DNA of 64,000 nucleotides, taken from positions 927 through 64,926 of the forward strand of contig MWBV01000003.1 of the NCBI GenBank assembly GCA_002069705.1, written 5' to 3'. Under the pieces are notes generated by a model, which saw nothing but the letters and a program-made list of their open reading frames with translations, ran no database searches and was not told the DNA's origin. Of this stretch, positions 18,713 to 27,127 are shown in pieces. Each line of letters starts with the position of its first letter. Positions within the stretch are counted from its first letter, which is position 1. Origin of the DNA: Candidatus Diapherotrites archaeon ADurb.Bin253 (GTDB taxonomy: Archaea; Nanobdellota; Nanobdellia; Pacearchaeales; GW2011-AR1). Made by a program: the position numbers and the translations under genes.

Positions 18713-18757
18713 ATTTAAATTAAGAGAGGGTAGTTTAAAAATTATTCTTATTTTTAT

Positions 18758-19879
18758 TTATTGGAAGATTATCTCTCCTCCACCAATAACTTTGTCTTTT
18801 TCATATATTACTACTGCTTGTCCCTCACTTACTCCTGTTATTGCTTCATTTAAGGTTATTTGAAATTGCTTTGTTTTTTTGTTATAATGAAAGATACTAG
18901 GAAGTAATTCCCCTACATGACGTATTCTTGAGAAAACTTTTGTTGGCTTATTTTGAAATGTTTCTTTTTTATTTGAAATTAAATGTAAATTTTTTATTAT
19001 TATGTTTTTTCTGAAATTTAAGGGATGATTTTCAGGAGCTGCAGTGATTGTATTTGTTTTTACATCTTTTTTTGCAACATACCATTTGGAGGGTTTATTT
19101 TTATTTCCTCTGTCTATTTCAAATCCATATCTTGGGCCTAATCTCTGTCCTATAGTATAATAATAAATTCCATCATGTTCTCCAATAATCTTTCCATCAG
19201 GGTTAAGAATCTTTCCTTTTTTGGGTTTTATTTTCTTTTGCAGGAATTTTTTTAGGTTTACTTTTCCTACAAAACATATACCAACAGTTCCTTTTTTGTT
19301 ATAATTTGGAAAATTGTTTTCTTTTGCAATTTCTCTTACTTTTTCTTTAGTATATTCTCCAATTGGAAATAAACAGTGTGAGAGTTCTTCTTGGGTTATT
19401 TTGTAAAGAAAATAAGATTGGTCTTTTGTTTCGTCTTTTCCTCTTAGAAGTTCATACATATCTTTTTTATCTTTGTTTTTACTTTTTTTAACTCTAGCAT
19501 AATGTCCTGTTGCAATTAAGTTTATTTTTCTTTTTTGAGCTTCTTTTAAAAGGAGAGGGAATTTTATTTTTTGATTGCAATCAATATCTGGATTAGGAGT
19601 AATACCTTTTTTGTATTTATCAAACATTTTATTGATAACTTCTTTTTTGTATTGCTTTTCAAAGTCTAATGTGATAAGAGGAATATTTAATTTAGATGCT
19701 ATTTTTAATGCCATTTTTCTTTCACTTCTCCAAGCACATCTTCCTGTTAAAGGGTCTTTTGTGTCAGACCAATTTTTCATGAAGGCCCCTATTACTTCAT
19801 ATCCTTGTTTTTTAAGAAGAAGAGCTGCAACACTTGAATCTACTCCACCTGACATTGCTACTAAAACTTTTTCTTTCAT
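18758..19879 (-). CDS. mnmA: tRNA-specific 2-thiouridylase MnmA (bacterial-type)
   Basis: 373 aa. Motifs: PP-loop VLVAMSGGVDSSVAALLL, GITPNPDIDCNQKIKF, LIATGHYAR. Confidence 0.85.
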   Translation of the reverse strand: MKEKVLVAMSGGVDSSVAALLLKKQGYEVIGAFMKNWSDTKDPLTGRCAWRSERKMALKIASKLNIPLITLDFEKQYKKEVINKMFDKYKKGITPNPDIDCNQKIKFPLLLKEAQKRKINLIATGHYARVKKSKNKDKKDMYELLRGKDETKDQSYFLYKITQEELSHCLFPIGEYTKEKVREIAKENNFPNYNKKGTVGICFVGKVNLKKFLQKKIKPKKGKILNPDGKIIGEHDGIYYYTIGQRLGPRYGFEIDRGNKNKPSKWYVAKKDVKTNTITAAPENHPLNFRKNIIIKNLHLISNKKETFQNKPTKVFSRIRHVGELLPSIFHYNKKTKQFQITLNEAITGVSEGQAVVIYEKDKVIGGGEIIFQ

Positions 19880-19913
19880 AAAATAATGAGTAATTGCATA
19901 TTTAAAAATAAAG

Positions 19914-19987
19914 CGACCCGGGCAGGACTCGAACCTGCGACTTCACGGTTAACAGCCGTGCGCTCTAACCAACTGAGCTACCAGGTC
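19914..19987 (-). tRNA. tRNA-Asn(GUU)
   Basis: The reverse complement reads GACCTGG-TA-GCTC-AGTTGGTTA-GAGC-G-CACGG-CTGTTAA-CCGTG-AAGTC-GCAGG-TTCGAGT-CCTGC-CCGGGTC-G. It is 74 nt with no encoded CCA. Confidence 0.9.
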
Positions 19988-20025
19988 ATTTTTATAAAAG
20001 ATTTAGCTTAGAACCTTATTTAAAA

Positions 20026-20568
20026 TTATTGTTTGTTGATTTTTTTATTTTTTCCTGTGCTTTTTGCTTCTTTTAATCCTAAATCTAGGAGGGGTTCTGA
20101 ATGTCCGTGTTTTTCTAAATAAGAATATACATTAGAGTGTTTTGTTCCTTTAATTAAGAGTTTACAAGCTTCTTCTGCATTTTTTATACATTCTGCTTCT
20201 CCTATTATTCCTAATTTATTTCCAGAAAGTTCAATATGACAGTTGCTTAGGGTTGAAATGGTTTTTAATGCTTTTCCATCTTTTCCTATTATCCTTCCTC
20301 TTACTCTTTCAAAATCTTTTTGATTAGTGTATTCTTTTATATTTAAAATTTCAAATAAAAATTCTTCTTTTTTAATTGAAAGTGCACTTGGTATTGGGAA
20401 ACCAAAGTCAATAGCTTCTATTACTTTTTCTGCAATGTATTCTTCTTCAGGTTCACCAATTATTGTTATTTCTTTTCCAATTATATTTAGTTTTACATCT
20501 AATTCTTTTTCTAAATTTGCCTTATTTTTTATTATTCTTATTACCTTTTCAGAGATTATCTTTTTCAT
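20026..20568 (-). CDS. KH-domain RNA-binding protein (Dim2/Pno1-like)
   Basis: 180 aa. It has two KH-like modules, with GRIIGKDGKALKTIS as the GxxG loop. Confidence 0.65.
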   Translation of the reverse strand: MKKIISEKVIRIIKNKANLEKELDVKLNIIGKEITIIGEPEEEYIAEKVIEAIDFGFPIPSALSIKKEEFLFEILNIKEYTNQKDFERVRGRIIGKDGKALKTISTLSNCHIELSGNKLGIIGEAECIKNAEEACKLLIKGTKHSNVYSYLEKHGHSEPLLDLGLKEAKSTGKNKKINKQ

Positions 20569-20596
20569 GTTTTATTAAGAGAGTTTTTTATAGTAT

Positions 20597-21832
20597 TTAA
20601 CAATAACCCCCTTGACAGCATCCTTGTATAGTTTGGTATATTTCATATTTGTCCCCATCTTCTATTTTAGTAGGGTTTTCAGAAATTTTAACATAACTCA
20701 TGTTATATGTATCAGGATTTATTGGTGTTACAAAGTCATATATCATTAAACATTCGTTTTTCATATTTTGATTTTCTGGGAATCTTACATAATGTCTATA
20801 AAAGTCAATTACTGTTTTGTCCTTTGGTAAATCATCACTATCAAAAAGCATACGTCCATCTGGTCTTGGCCAATAAGAATTAACATATCCTGTATTTTCA
20901 ATAGGTTCAACAAATACTTCACACATATTAGATGTATTACATACTTCTCCATTTTGTTCATTACATTCTCCACAGCTTGAATGACAAGTAGGGTCTAATC
21001 CACAATTTTGTGTTGGTCCACATGTAGGAACACAAACATCACAAGTCCAAGTGTTTTCATTACATACTTCTCCGTTTTGTTCATTACATGTTCCACAGAA
21101 ATTTTCTCCACATCCTGGTTTTGCTGGAGCAGGACCACATTGTCTTGTTCCACAATCAGATGGGTCACAATCTGGTTGGCATGTTCCTTGGTAATTATGA
21201 TGTCCTATCTCACAACAAATTCCATAATCACATAAAAGAGGAGAAGAACATGTACCACAACTTCCACAGTTATTTTCTGAAGGCCCACATTCTAATACAT
21301 ATCCTGCTGCTCCACGAATACAATCTGGAGTACAATCATCATCCTCTCCTGTCCCACTTCCTGCTCCTCTATAATCTGGTTCATAATGGGTGTCTCCTAT
21401 GTTCCCTATTACTTTTTTTCCTGATTCTGTTAAGAATATAGGTGCTACAGATATACTAACTATTGAACCATTATAATCAAGTTCAAATAATTTTACTTCT
21501 AACTGTTTTATACTTTCATTTTTTTCAAAAACATAAGATTCTCCATTTTTATTTGTTATAGAAAATATTAATCCTACTATTTCTCCTTCTCCTGGATTTC
21601 TCCTAACTTTTACTTTTGTTGAAATTATATTTCCTGTAGCAGGGTTTTTTGGCTGTGTCACAGAAATTATTTCTAAATCTACTGTAGTTGATTCAAAAGC
21701 AACCAACTCTGAATTTTTACTTATTACCTTTTTTACAACTACCCAGATTATTCCTGCTGCAACAAGAACTAGAAGAATTATTAAAAGAGTTGCAATAACT
21801 GTAGAGAGTCCTTTTTTATCTCCTCTTTTCAT
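20597..21832 (-). CDS. Archaeal type IV pilin-like protein with a Cys-rich C-terminal region
   Basis: The N-terminus MKRGDKKG|LSTVIATLLIILLVLVAAGIIW looks like a class III (prepilin) signal. About 26 Cys (hand count) fall within ~140 aa. There is an internal repeat CG(T/E)CNEQNGEVCN. Confidence 0.6.
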   Translation of the reverse strand: MKRGDKKGLSTVIATLLIILLVLVAAGIIWVVVKKVISKNSELVAFESTTVDLEIISVTQPKNPATGNIISTKVKVRRNPGEGEIVGLIFSITNKNGESYVFEKNESIKQLEVKLFELDYNGSIVSISVAPIFLTESGKKVIGNIGDTHYEPDYRGAGSGTGEDDDCTPDCIRGAAGYVLECGPSENNCGSCGTCSSPLLCDYGICCEIGHHNYQGTCQPDCDPSDCGTRQCGPAPAKPGCGENFCGTCNEQNGEVCNENTWTCDVCVPTCGPTQNCGLDPTCHSSCGECNEQNGEVCNTSNMCEVFVEPIENTGYVNSYWPRPDGRMLFDSDDLPKDKTVIDFYRHYVRFPENQNMKNECLMIYDFVTPINPDTYNMSYVKISENPTKIEDGDKYEIYQTIQGCCQGGYC

Positions 21833-21896
21833 AATTTTAAATAGAAATTTAGGTTAATAAATATTGAGTTTGGTATATTTTAGTAATATTGGAACC

Positions 21897-22268
21897 TTAG
21901 AATTCTTTTTCTTCTGTTTTCAGATATCCATTTCTTTTAAGCCATTCAATTTGATTTGAGGGATATTTGAAGATTACGTCTCCTTTAGATTTATCTAATT
22001 CCCAGGGCTCAACAAGGACTGTATCTCCTGGTCTAAGCCATAGTTTTCTTTTTAATCTTCCAGGAACACGAGAATTTCTTGTTTTTCCATCAAGACATTT
22101 AACCTTCATTTTATTTCCTCCAAGTCTTTCTTCAATAATACCTATAACTTCTTCTCCTCTTGGTATTTTTGCTCTTGCTATCTTTATTTCTTCAGAATTT
22201 TCATTCTCATTAATTTCATTTTCTTCTTCTGAGAATTCTTGGTTATTTTCTTTAAATTTGTCTGTCAT
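21897..22268 (-). CDS. eif1a: Translation initiation factor aIF-1A
   Basis: GIIEERLGGNKMKVKCLDGKTRNSRVPGRLKRKLWLRPGDTVLVEPW is an S1-like OB signature. The N-terminus is acidic. Confidence 0.9.
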   Translation of the reverse strand: MTDKFKENNQEFSEEENEINENENSEEIKIARAKIPRGEEVIGIIEERLGGNKMKVKCLDGKTRNSRVPGRLKRKLWLRPGDTVLVEPWELDKSKGDVIFKYPSNQIEWLKRNGYLKTEEKEF

Positions 22269-22369
22269 ATTTTAGATAAAAGATTATGTTTTATAAATAT
22301 ATAGTTTAAATTAAGAGAATATTTATAATCTATTTGTTGTTTTTAATAAAACTTATTGGAGATGTTTGT

Positions 22370-22606
22370 ATGAGTGCAGATTATAATAAAAACGATTTGG
22401 AATTTAGAGCTAAATATTTATTGAAGACAAAAATTAAGGGAAAGGATAAGATAAATTTAGATATTTTGAAAGGTAATATTCATGAAATCAATTATCTTGT
22501 AAGAGAAGGGTATCTTGTAGAAAAAGGAGATACTGTGGGTTCTTTTCATTATGAACTTACAAATAAAGGTAATTGCTTTATTTCTATATGTAAAAAATTT
22601 AAATAA
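22370..22606 (+). CDS. Hypothetical protein (78 aa from the first ATG)
   Basis: The track ORF starts at a TTG (22334). An ATG at 22370 lies 29 nt downstream of TTTTAATAAA (22341-22350). Confidence 0.35.
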   Translation: MSADYNKNDLEFRAKYLLKTKIKGKDKINLDILKGNIHEINYLVREGYLVEKGDTVGSFHYELTNKGNCFISICKKFK

Positions 22607-22642
22607 ATTTTAAATTAAAGATTTGTATTGCTGTTAACTATA

Positions 22643-22939
22643 TTATATAAGTACTAATGCAAAAGGTATCCCATCTATTTTTCCTATACCTTGTTTTGTT
22701 ATTATACCTGTTTCTAGTGCTATTTTTATTGATTTTTCTCCCACAATATTAAAAGTGGAATCTTCGAGTTTCATTTCTTTCATTATCTTAGAGACTTCTT
22801 CTGTGGAAGCTTCTCTTCCTTTAAAGAAATTTTCTTTAACATCTAATTGAAAATTACCCTCTTCAAATTTTTTTCCTATTAATTCTTTATCGCAAATAGC
22901 TACTACATCCCTGTAGGATTTTATTACGTTTACAAACAT
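22643..22939 (-). CDS. DUF424-family protein
   Basis: 98 aa. VVAICDKELIGKKFEEGNFQLDVKENFFKG resembles the DUF424 pattern I recall, and the gene neighbours aIF2-beta as in other archaea. Confidence 0.5.
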   Translation of the reverse strand: MFVNVIKSYRDVVAICDKELIGKKFEEGNFQLDVKENFFKGREASTEEVSKIMKEMKLEDSTFNIVGEKSIKIALETGIITKQGIGKIDGIPFALVLI

Positions 22940-22941
22940 TT

Positions 22942-23136
22942 TTAGTAACCTTTTTTTGCTTTACCATCTTTTATTGCTTTTTCTGCTTTTTCTGCAGACA
23001 TCATAGCACACATAATAGTTCCGCAATCAGGACATTTTCCTTTTGCCATAAATCCACCTTTAGCAGTTTGAGTCATTACAGCTTCTTTCATTTTTTGTCC
23101 TTTCTTTTTACATTTTACACAATAAGCTTCAACCAT
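22942..23136 (-). CDS. Small zinc-ribbon protein (DUF5679-like)
   Basis: 64 aa. CVKCKKK...GKCPDCGT followed by a Lys-rich tail. Confidence 0.5.
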   Translation of the reverse strand: MVEAYCVKCKKKGQKMKEAVMTQTAKGGFMAKGKCPDCGTIMCAMMSAEKAEKAIKDGKAKKGY

Positions 23137-23226
23137 TTTTTTACCTCCCTTTTTAATTTAATTGGGACAGGGTTTTCAAGAAATTTTGTTTTATAAATAT
23201 TTAGATTTTATTTTTTTAAGATTTTT

Positions 23227-23637
23227 TTATATTTTTTCTCTAACAGGATGCTTTGCACCACATGCTAAACATTGCATAAAACTTAATCTATTCTCTTTTT
23301 TTAATTCTGTATCTGGTTTTCCACACTCCTTACAGATTACAAATTCCTTAACATATCTATCTATTTTTGCATTTATTTTAGAACTTGCTATTTTATTGTT
23401 AAGAATTAATCTTTCTCCTTCTCTCTGTCCTGATGTTGCAAGTTCTTTAAGAATAAATTTTTGAAAATGTTCTGGATTTCTTCTTATGTATGATGCAATT
23501 ATTAAGAAATTTGTCAGTATAGTTTTTTTCCCTTCTATATGTCCTTCTATTACTGGTACTTCAAATCTATCTGATTTGCCTTCTACAACTTTAACTTTTT
23601 TATATGCTTCATCAAGAAGTTTTTCATAGTCTGTCAT
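23227..23637 (-). CDS. eif2b: Translation initiation factor aIF-2 beta subunit
   Basis: 136 aa. YEKLLDEAYKK, RFEVPVIEGHIEGKKTILTNF, and the C-terminal zinc ribbon CKECGKPDT...CLACGA. Confidence 0.9.
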   Translation of the reverse strand: MTDYEKLLDEAYKKVKVVEGKSDRFEVPVIEGHIEGKKTILTNFLIIASYIRRNPEHFQKFILKELATSGQREGERLILNNKIASSKINAKIDRYVKEFVICKECGKPDTELKKENRLSFMQCLACGAKHPVREKI

Positions 23638-23681
23638 TAATTTCTAAAAAGGAATGTCTTTATAAGGATTTTGATGAGTAA

Positions 23682-24317
23682 TTAACCTAAATATCTTACT
23701 TTTCCAGGGCGGGGTTCAAAGATTATTCCTTCTTCAAGGAATTTTTTTATTTCTTGGTTTATTATATCTGGAGAGGTTTCTTTTAATTTTAGAATTATTT
23801 GCTCTTTCTCAATTCCCCCATTTTCTTCAGCTTCTTTGATTAAATTTATTATGCTATCTTTTATTGCAACAATCTTGCTTCTTTCCATTGGGAGTGCTTT
23901 TTTCATAGAATCTCCTCCTTTTTCAAGTTCTAATTTTCTTACAAGAAGGTATTTTGTGTTTTGTTCTTTTATTATTTCAGGTTGAATGTATGTTTCATTG
24001 TTCCAGTGCCTTAATGTACCAATAACTAAAACAGTTAATCCTTGATTTATTTCTTTGAATTTTTCTATATCATCTCCAAATACTTTAAGACTAATTTGTC
24101 CTGAACCATCATCAAGCTTAAAGAAGATATATTTTCTTTCCCCATCACTTTCGTATTTATCTACTATATTTCCTATTATATTTACACGCACTATTCTTTT
24201 ATCTCCTAATTCTAAAAAAGAAAATCTTTCATTATCTATAATTGGTTTTCCAAGAAGGATATCTCCTATTTTTAGTTTATATGCAATGTTTCTTTTAAAT
24301 TGTCCTTCTTCTGCCAT
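23682..24317 (-). CDS. OB-fold nucleic-acid-binding protein with a C-terminal winged-helix-like domain (RPA32/Stn1-like architecture)
   Basis: 211 aa. VRVNIIGNIVDKYESDGERKYIFFKLDDGSGQISLKVFGDD...VLVIGTLRHWNNETYI is OB-like. The C-terminal helical region ends ...FLEEGIIFEPRPGKVRYL. It lies directly downstream of mcm. Confidence 0.5.
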   Translation of the reverse strand: MAEEGQFKRNIAYKLKIGDILLGKPIIDNERFSFLELGDKRIVRVNIIGNIVDKYESDGERKYIFFKLDDGSGQISLKVFGDDIEKFKEINQGLTVLVIGTLRHWNNETYIQPEIIKEQNTKYLLVRKLELEKGGDSMKKALPMERSKIVAIKDSIINLIKEAEENGGIEKEQIILKLKETSPDIINQEIKKFLEEGIIFEPRPGKVRYLG

Positions 24318-24365
24318 CTTTTTATGCTCTCTAAAAATTTTTGAGTGTTTATAAGTTTTTATGGG

Positions 24366-26444
24366 TTAGAAAACCCCAATATATCCTTTTTTAGGTCTGT
24401 AAATTTCATTGTCTTTTACAAGCCTACCTATTATATCTTCTAATTCACTTTTTTCCATTTTTCCTTGAAGCTCTTTTTCAATTTCTTCATAAGGAATCAT
24501 TTTACCCATTTTACTTTCAAGAGCAGTTATTACTTCTTTTACCATAAATATTCTGTTTCTTTGTGATGAGGAAAATTTTCCTGAAATTCTATCTATGTCA
24601 AAAGTTTTTGATTCATAATCATATCCTACTTGCATTAAGTAATATTTCATTAATTCTATTGCTTCTTTTGCATCCTCTTTTGAAACTTCTTCACTTAACC
24701 TTAATCTTGCCGATGCTTCAGACATTCTTACTAATGCTTGCAATTGTCTTGCTGAGATTGGAATCGGACGCATCGCGCTTTCAGACATTACTGGCTTGTT
24801 TCTTAGTTCAACATAGAATTTTTTTAATTCTTCAACTGCTTCTGTGCTTAATACTGGATTTACTTTTTGTTTTGCATATGCTACATATTTTCTCAATAAA
24901 TTTGAATCAATTAAAACTTCTTTTGTTTCTTTTTGATGTTCTCTTAATACATGTGCTGCAATTTTTTCGTCTTTGTTTTTGTCAGGTAAATCTCTTAGTG
25001 TGAAAATTATATCAAATCTATTTATGAGTGTTGGAGGTAAATCTATTTGTTGAGGAATAGGCATGAATGGGTCAAATCTTCCAAATTTTGGATTTGCAGC
25101 AGCAAGAACAGATGTTTGTGCTTTCAATGAAGCTTGAACATTTGCCTTTGAAATAGTCACTGTTTGTTGTTCCATAGCTTCGTGCATGGCACTTCTATCT
25201 TGAGGGTCCATTTTTTCTAATTCATCAATACAAACCAATCCTTTATTTGCTAAAACCATTGCCCCTGCTTCTAGACTCCATCCTTTTAGATATTCATCTC
25301 TTACAACAGTTGCTGTAAGTCCTGCTCCTGAAGCAGATTTACCAACAACATATCTTCCTTTTGGAGAGATATTTGACATGAAAACTAGAGTTACACTTTT
25401 TGCTACACCCGGGTCTCCTATTAAAAGAATATGAATATCTCCTCTTGATTTTGAACCATCAGACATTTGTTTTTGAACTCCTCCAAATAACTGGAGAATT
25501 AGTGCTTTTTTTATTTCTTCATAACCCCAAACACTTGGAGCAATACTCTTTGCTAAATTTTCAAATATTTTAGGATCTTCAGATAATTCGTGAATTTGCC
25601 TTTCATCTTCATCAGTTATATCTAATTCTTCAAAGGTTTCTTCCATAGGAATAATGTTGTTTACTTCAACTGCTAATTCAAACCTTGTTGATAATCCTCC
25701 TGTTGAGAGAGGAACAGGAACTTCTTTTAAAATTCCAATAACTTTTACTTTTGCTCCTGGAGTTGTTTTATCTTCCATTTTTGGTTCAACTAAATCTTCT
25801 TTTACAAACACATTCATTCTTTTTGGTTGTTCTCCTCCAGAAAGAGATTCAGGAGATTCTTCAATTACTAATCTTTGAGTATCAACCATATCTTTGGAGA
25901 TTAATCTGAATCCTCCTCTTCTTCCACATGAACATCTTGTAGGTTCCCTGAATTTTTTTTCTATTTGTAATACAGAGATAATTGTTCCACAACTTGGACA
26001 TTCAAATTTAGCATTTACAACTTGAGGACGCACATCTGAAGCTTGTCTGATTATTCCTTCAAGAATTACTAATTCATTTAAGTGTTTTGAACGTATGTTT
26101 CTTATTTTTATCTGATGTGTTTCAGAGAGGTTTTTTAAACGGACTCTCGCATTTTTAACTAATCCTAGTTCTTCTACAGCTAATTCTATTATGCTTAAAG
26201 TTTCTTCAGGATTAACTATTATTTCATCAGAAAGTCTTGTTGAGAATTCTGTAAGTTTCATAAAATCTACTAAAACCACGTTTGTTTTTTTACGTATAGA
26301 TTCTCCTAAATCTTCTTTATTTACATTAAAGAAATTTTTTGCTTCAATAATTAATTCTTCTGATTTAGGTCTCTTTTTTTGTCCCTCTTCTGGATTACTT
26401 GCTGCAGAATAATCTTCTTCTGAATAATTAGTACCATCTCCCAT
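24366..26444 (-). CDS. mcm: MCM replicative helicase
   Basis: 692 aa. Zinc motif CPSCG...CSCG, Walker A ILLIGDPGVAKS, Walker B CIDELEKM, an arginine-finger region, and a C-terminal wH. No intein. Confidence 0.95.
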   Translation of the reverse strand: MGDGTNYSEEDYSAASNPEEGQKKRPKSEELIIEAKNFFNVNKEDLGESIRKKTNVVLVDFMKLTEFSTRLSDEIIVNPEETLSIIELAVEELGLVKNARVRLKNLSETHQIKIRNIRSKHLNELVILEGIIRQASDVRPQVVNAKFECPSCGTIISVLQIEKKFREPTRCSCGRRGGFRLISKDMVDTQRLVIEESPESLSGGEQPKRMNVFVKEDLVEPKMEDKTTPGAKVKVIGILKEVPVPLSTGGLSTRFELAVEVNNIIPMEETFEELDITDEDERQIHELSEDPKIFENLAKSIAPSVWGYEEIKKALILQLFGGVQKQMSDGSKSRGDIHILLIGDPGVAKSVTLVFMSNISPKGRYVVGKSASGAGLTATVVRDEYLKGWSLEAGAMVLANKGLVCIDELEKMDPQDRSAMHEAMEQQTVTISKANVQASLKAQTSVLAAANPKFGRFDPFMPIPQQIDLPPTLINRFDIIFTLRDLPDKNKDEKIAAHVLREHQKETKEVLIDSNLLRKYVAYAKQKVNPVLSTEAVEELKKFYVELRNKPVMSESAMRPIPISARQLQALVRMSEASARLRLSEEVSKEDAKEAIELMKYYLMQVGYDYESKTFDIDRISGKFSSSQRNRIFMVKEVITALESKMGKMIPYEEIEKELQGKMEKSELEDIIGRLVKDNEIYRPKKGYIGVF

Positions 26445-26465
26445 TAATTTTAGATAGAAAGGGGT

Positions 26466-26475
26466 TTTTTATAAA
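26466..26475 (-). promoter_or_regulatory. TATA box for mcm
   Basis: The minus strand reads TTTATAAAAA, starting 31 nt upstream of the ATG at 26444. Confidence 0.5.
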
Positions 26476-26501
26476 TTTGTGTGTAATATAAAGTGTATTC
26501 T

Positions 26502-27059
26502 TTATTTGTAGTTTTTTAAAGCAGCTTTAACGTTTTTTAGAAGTTGGTCCATACTATCTTCTAACTGTTGCCTGTTTTTTGTACCAGTACATACTAACTT
26601 TCCGTTTGAGAAAAGCAGGAATGTTGCTGTGGGTTCAATTAGTTTGTAAACTAGACCTGGAAACTGTTCAGGTTCGTATTCTGTGTTTTCCATTTCTAAT
26701 GCCAAAAAATTAAGATTTAATTTTAATTCAATGCTTCCAGATGCAACTATATTTTGAACAGTTATTTTTGGTTTTCCTGTAATATTGACACTTATTTTCT
26801 TAAGTTGTTTTATTACAGCATCTATAACTTCTCTTACTTGAGTTAAAGATTTTGTACCTGTGCAAACTAAATTTCCTGAAGAGAAAACTAAAACTGCAGA
26901 TTTAGGTTCTTTAATTCTTAATACTAGTCCTGGAAATGTTTCTGGATTATATTCTGTGTTTGGTTGTGTTCTTGCAAGTTTTGTTAAAGGAACAGGTTTT
27001 CCTAAAGAAGCAGTTGCTACAATATTTTGTATTTTGTAATTGCTTTGTTTTTGTGCCAT
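26502..27059 (-). CDS. tbp: TATA-box binding protein
   Basis: 185 aa. The direct repeat IQNIVATASL...FPGLVLRIKEPKSAVLVFSSGNLVCTG and VQNIVASGSI...FPGLVYKLIEPTATFLLFSNGKLVCTG. Confidence 0.95.
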   Translation of the reverse strand: MAQKQSNYKIQNIVATASLGKPVPLTKLARTQPNTEYNPETFPGLVLRIKEPKSAVLVFSSGNLVCTGTKSLTQVREVIDAVIKQLKKISVNITGKPKITVQNIVASGSIELKLNLNFLALEMENTEYEPEQFPGLVYKLIEPTATFLLFSNGKLVCTGTKNRQQLEDSMDQLLKNVKAALKNYK

Positions 27060-27127
27060 TTTAATGATTTATAAAGAGAAAATGGGTTTATAAAGGTTTT
27101 TAAAGAGTTCGTCGAGAGGTTTTTAGT

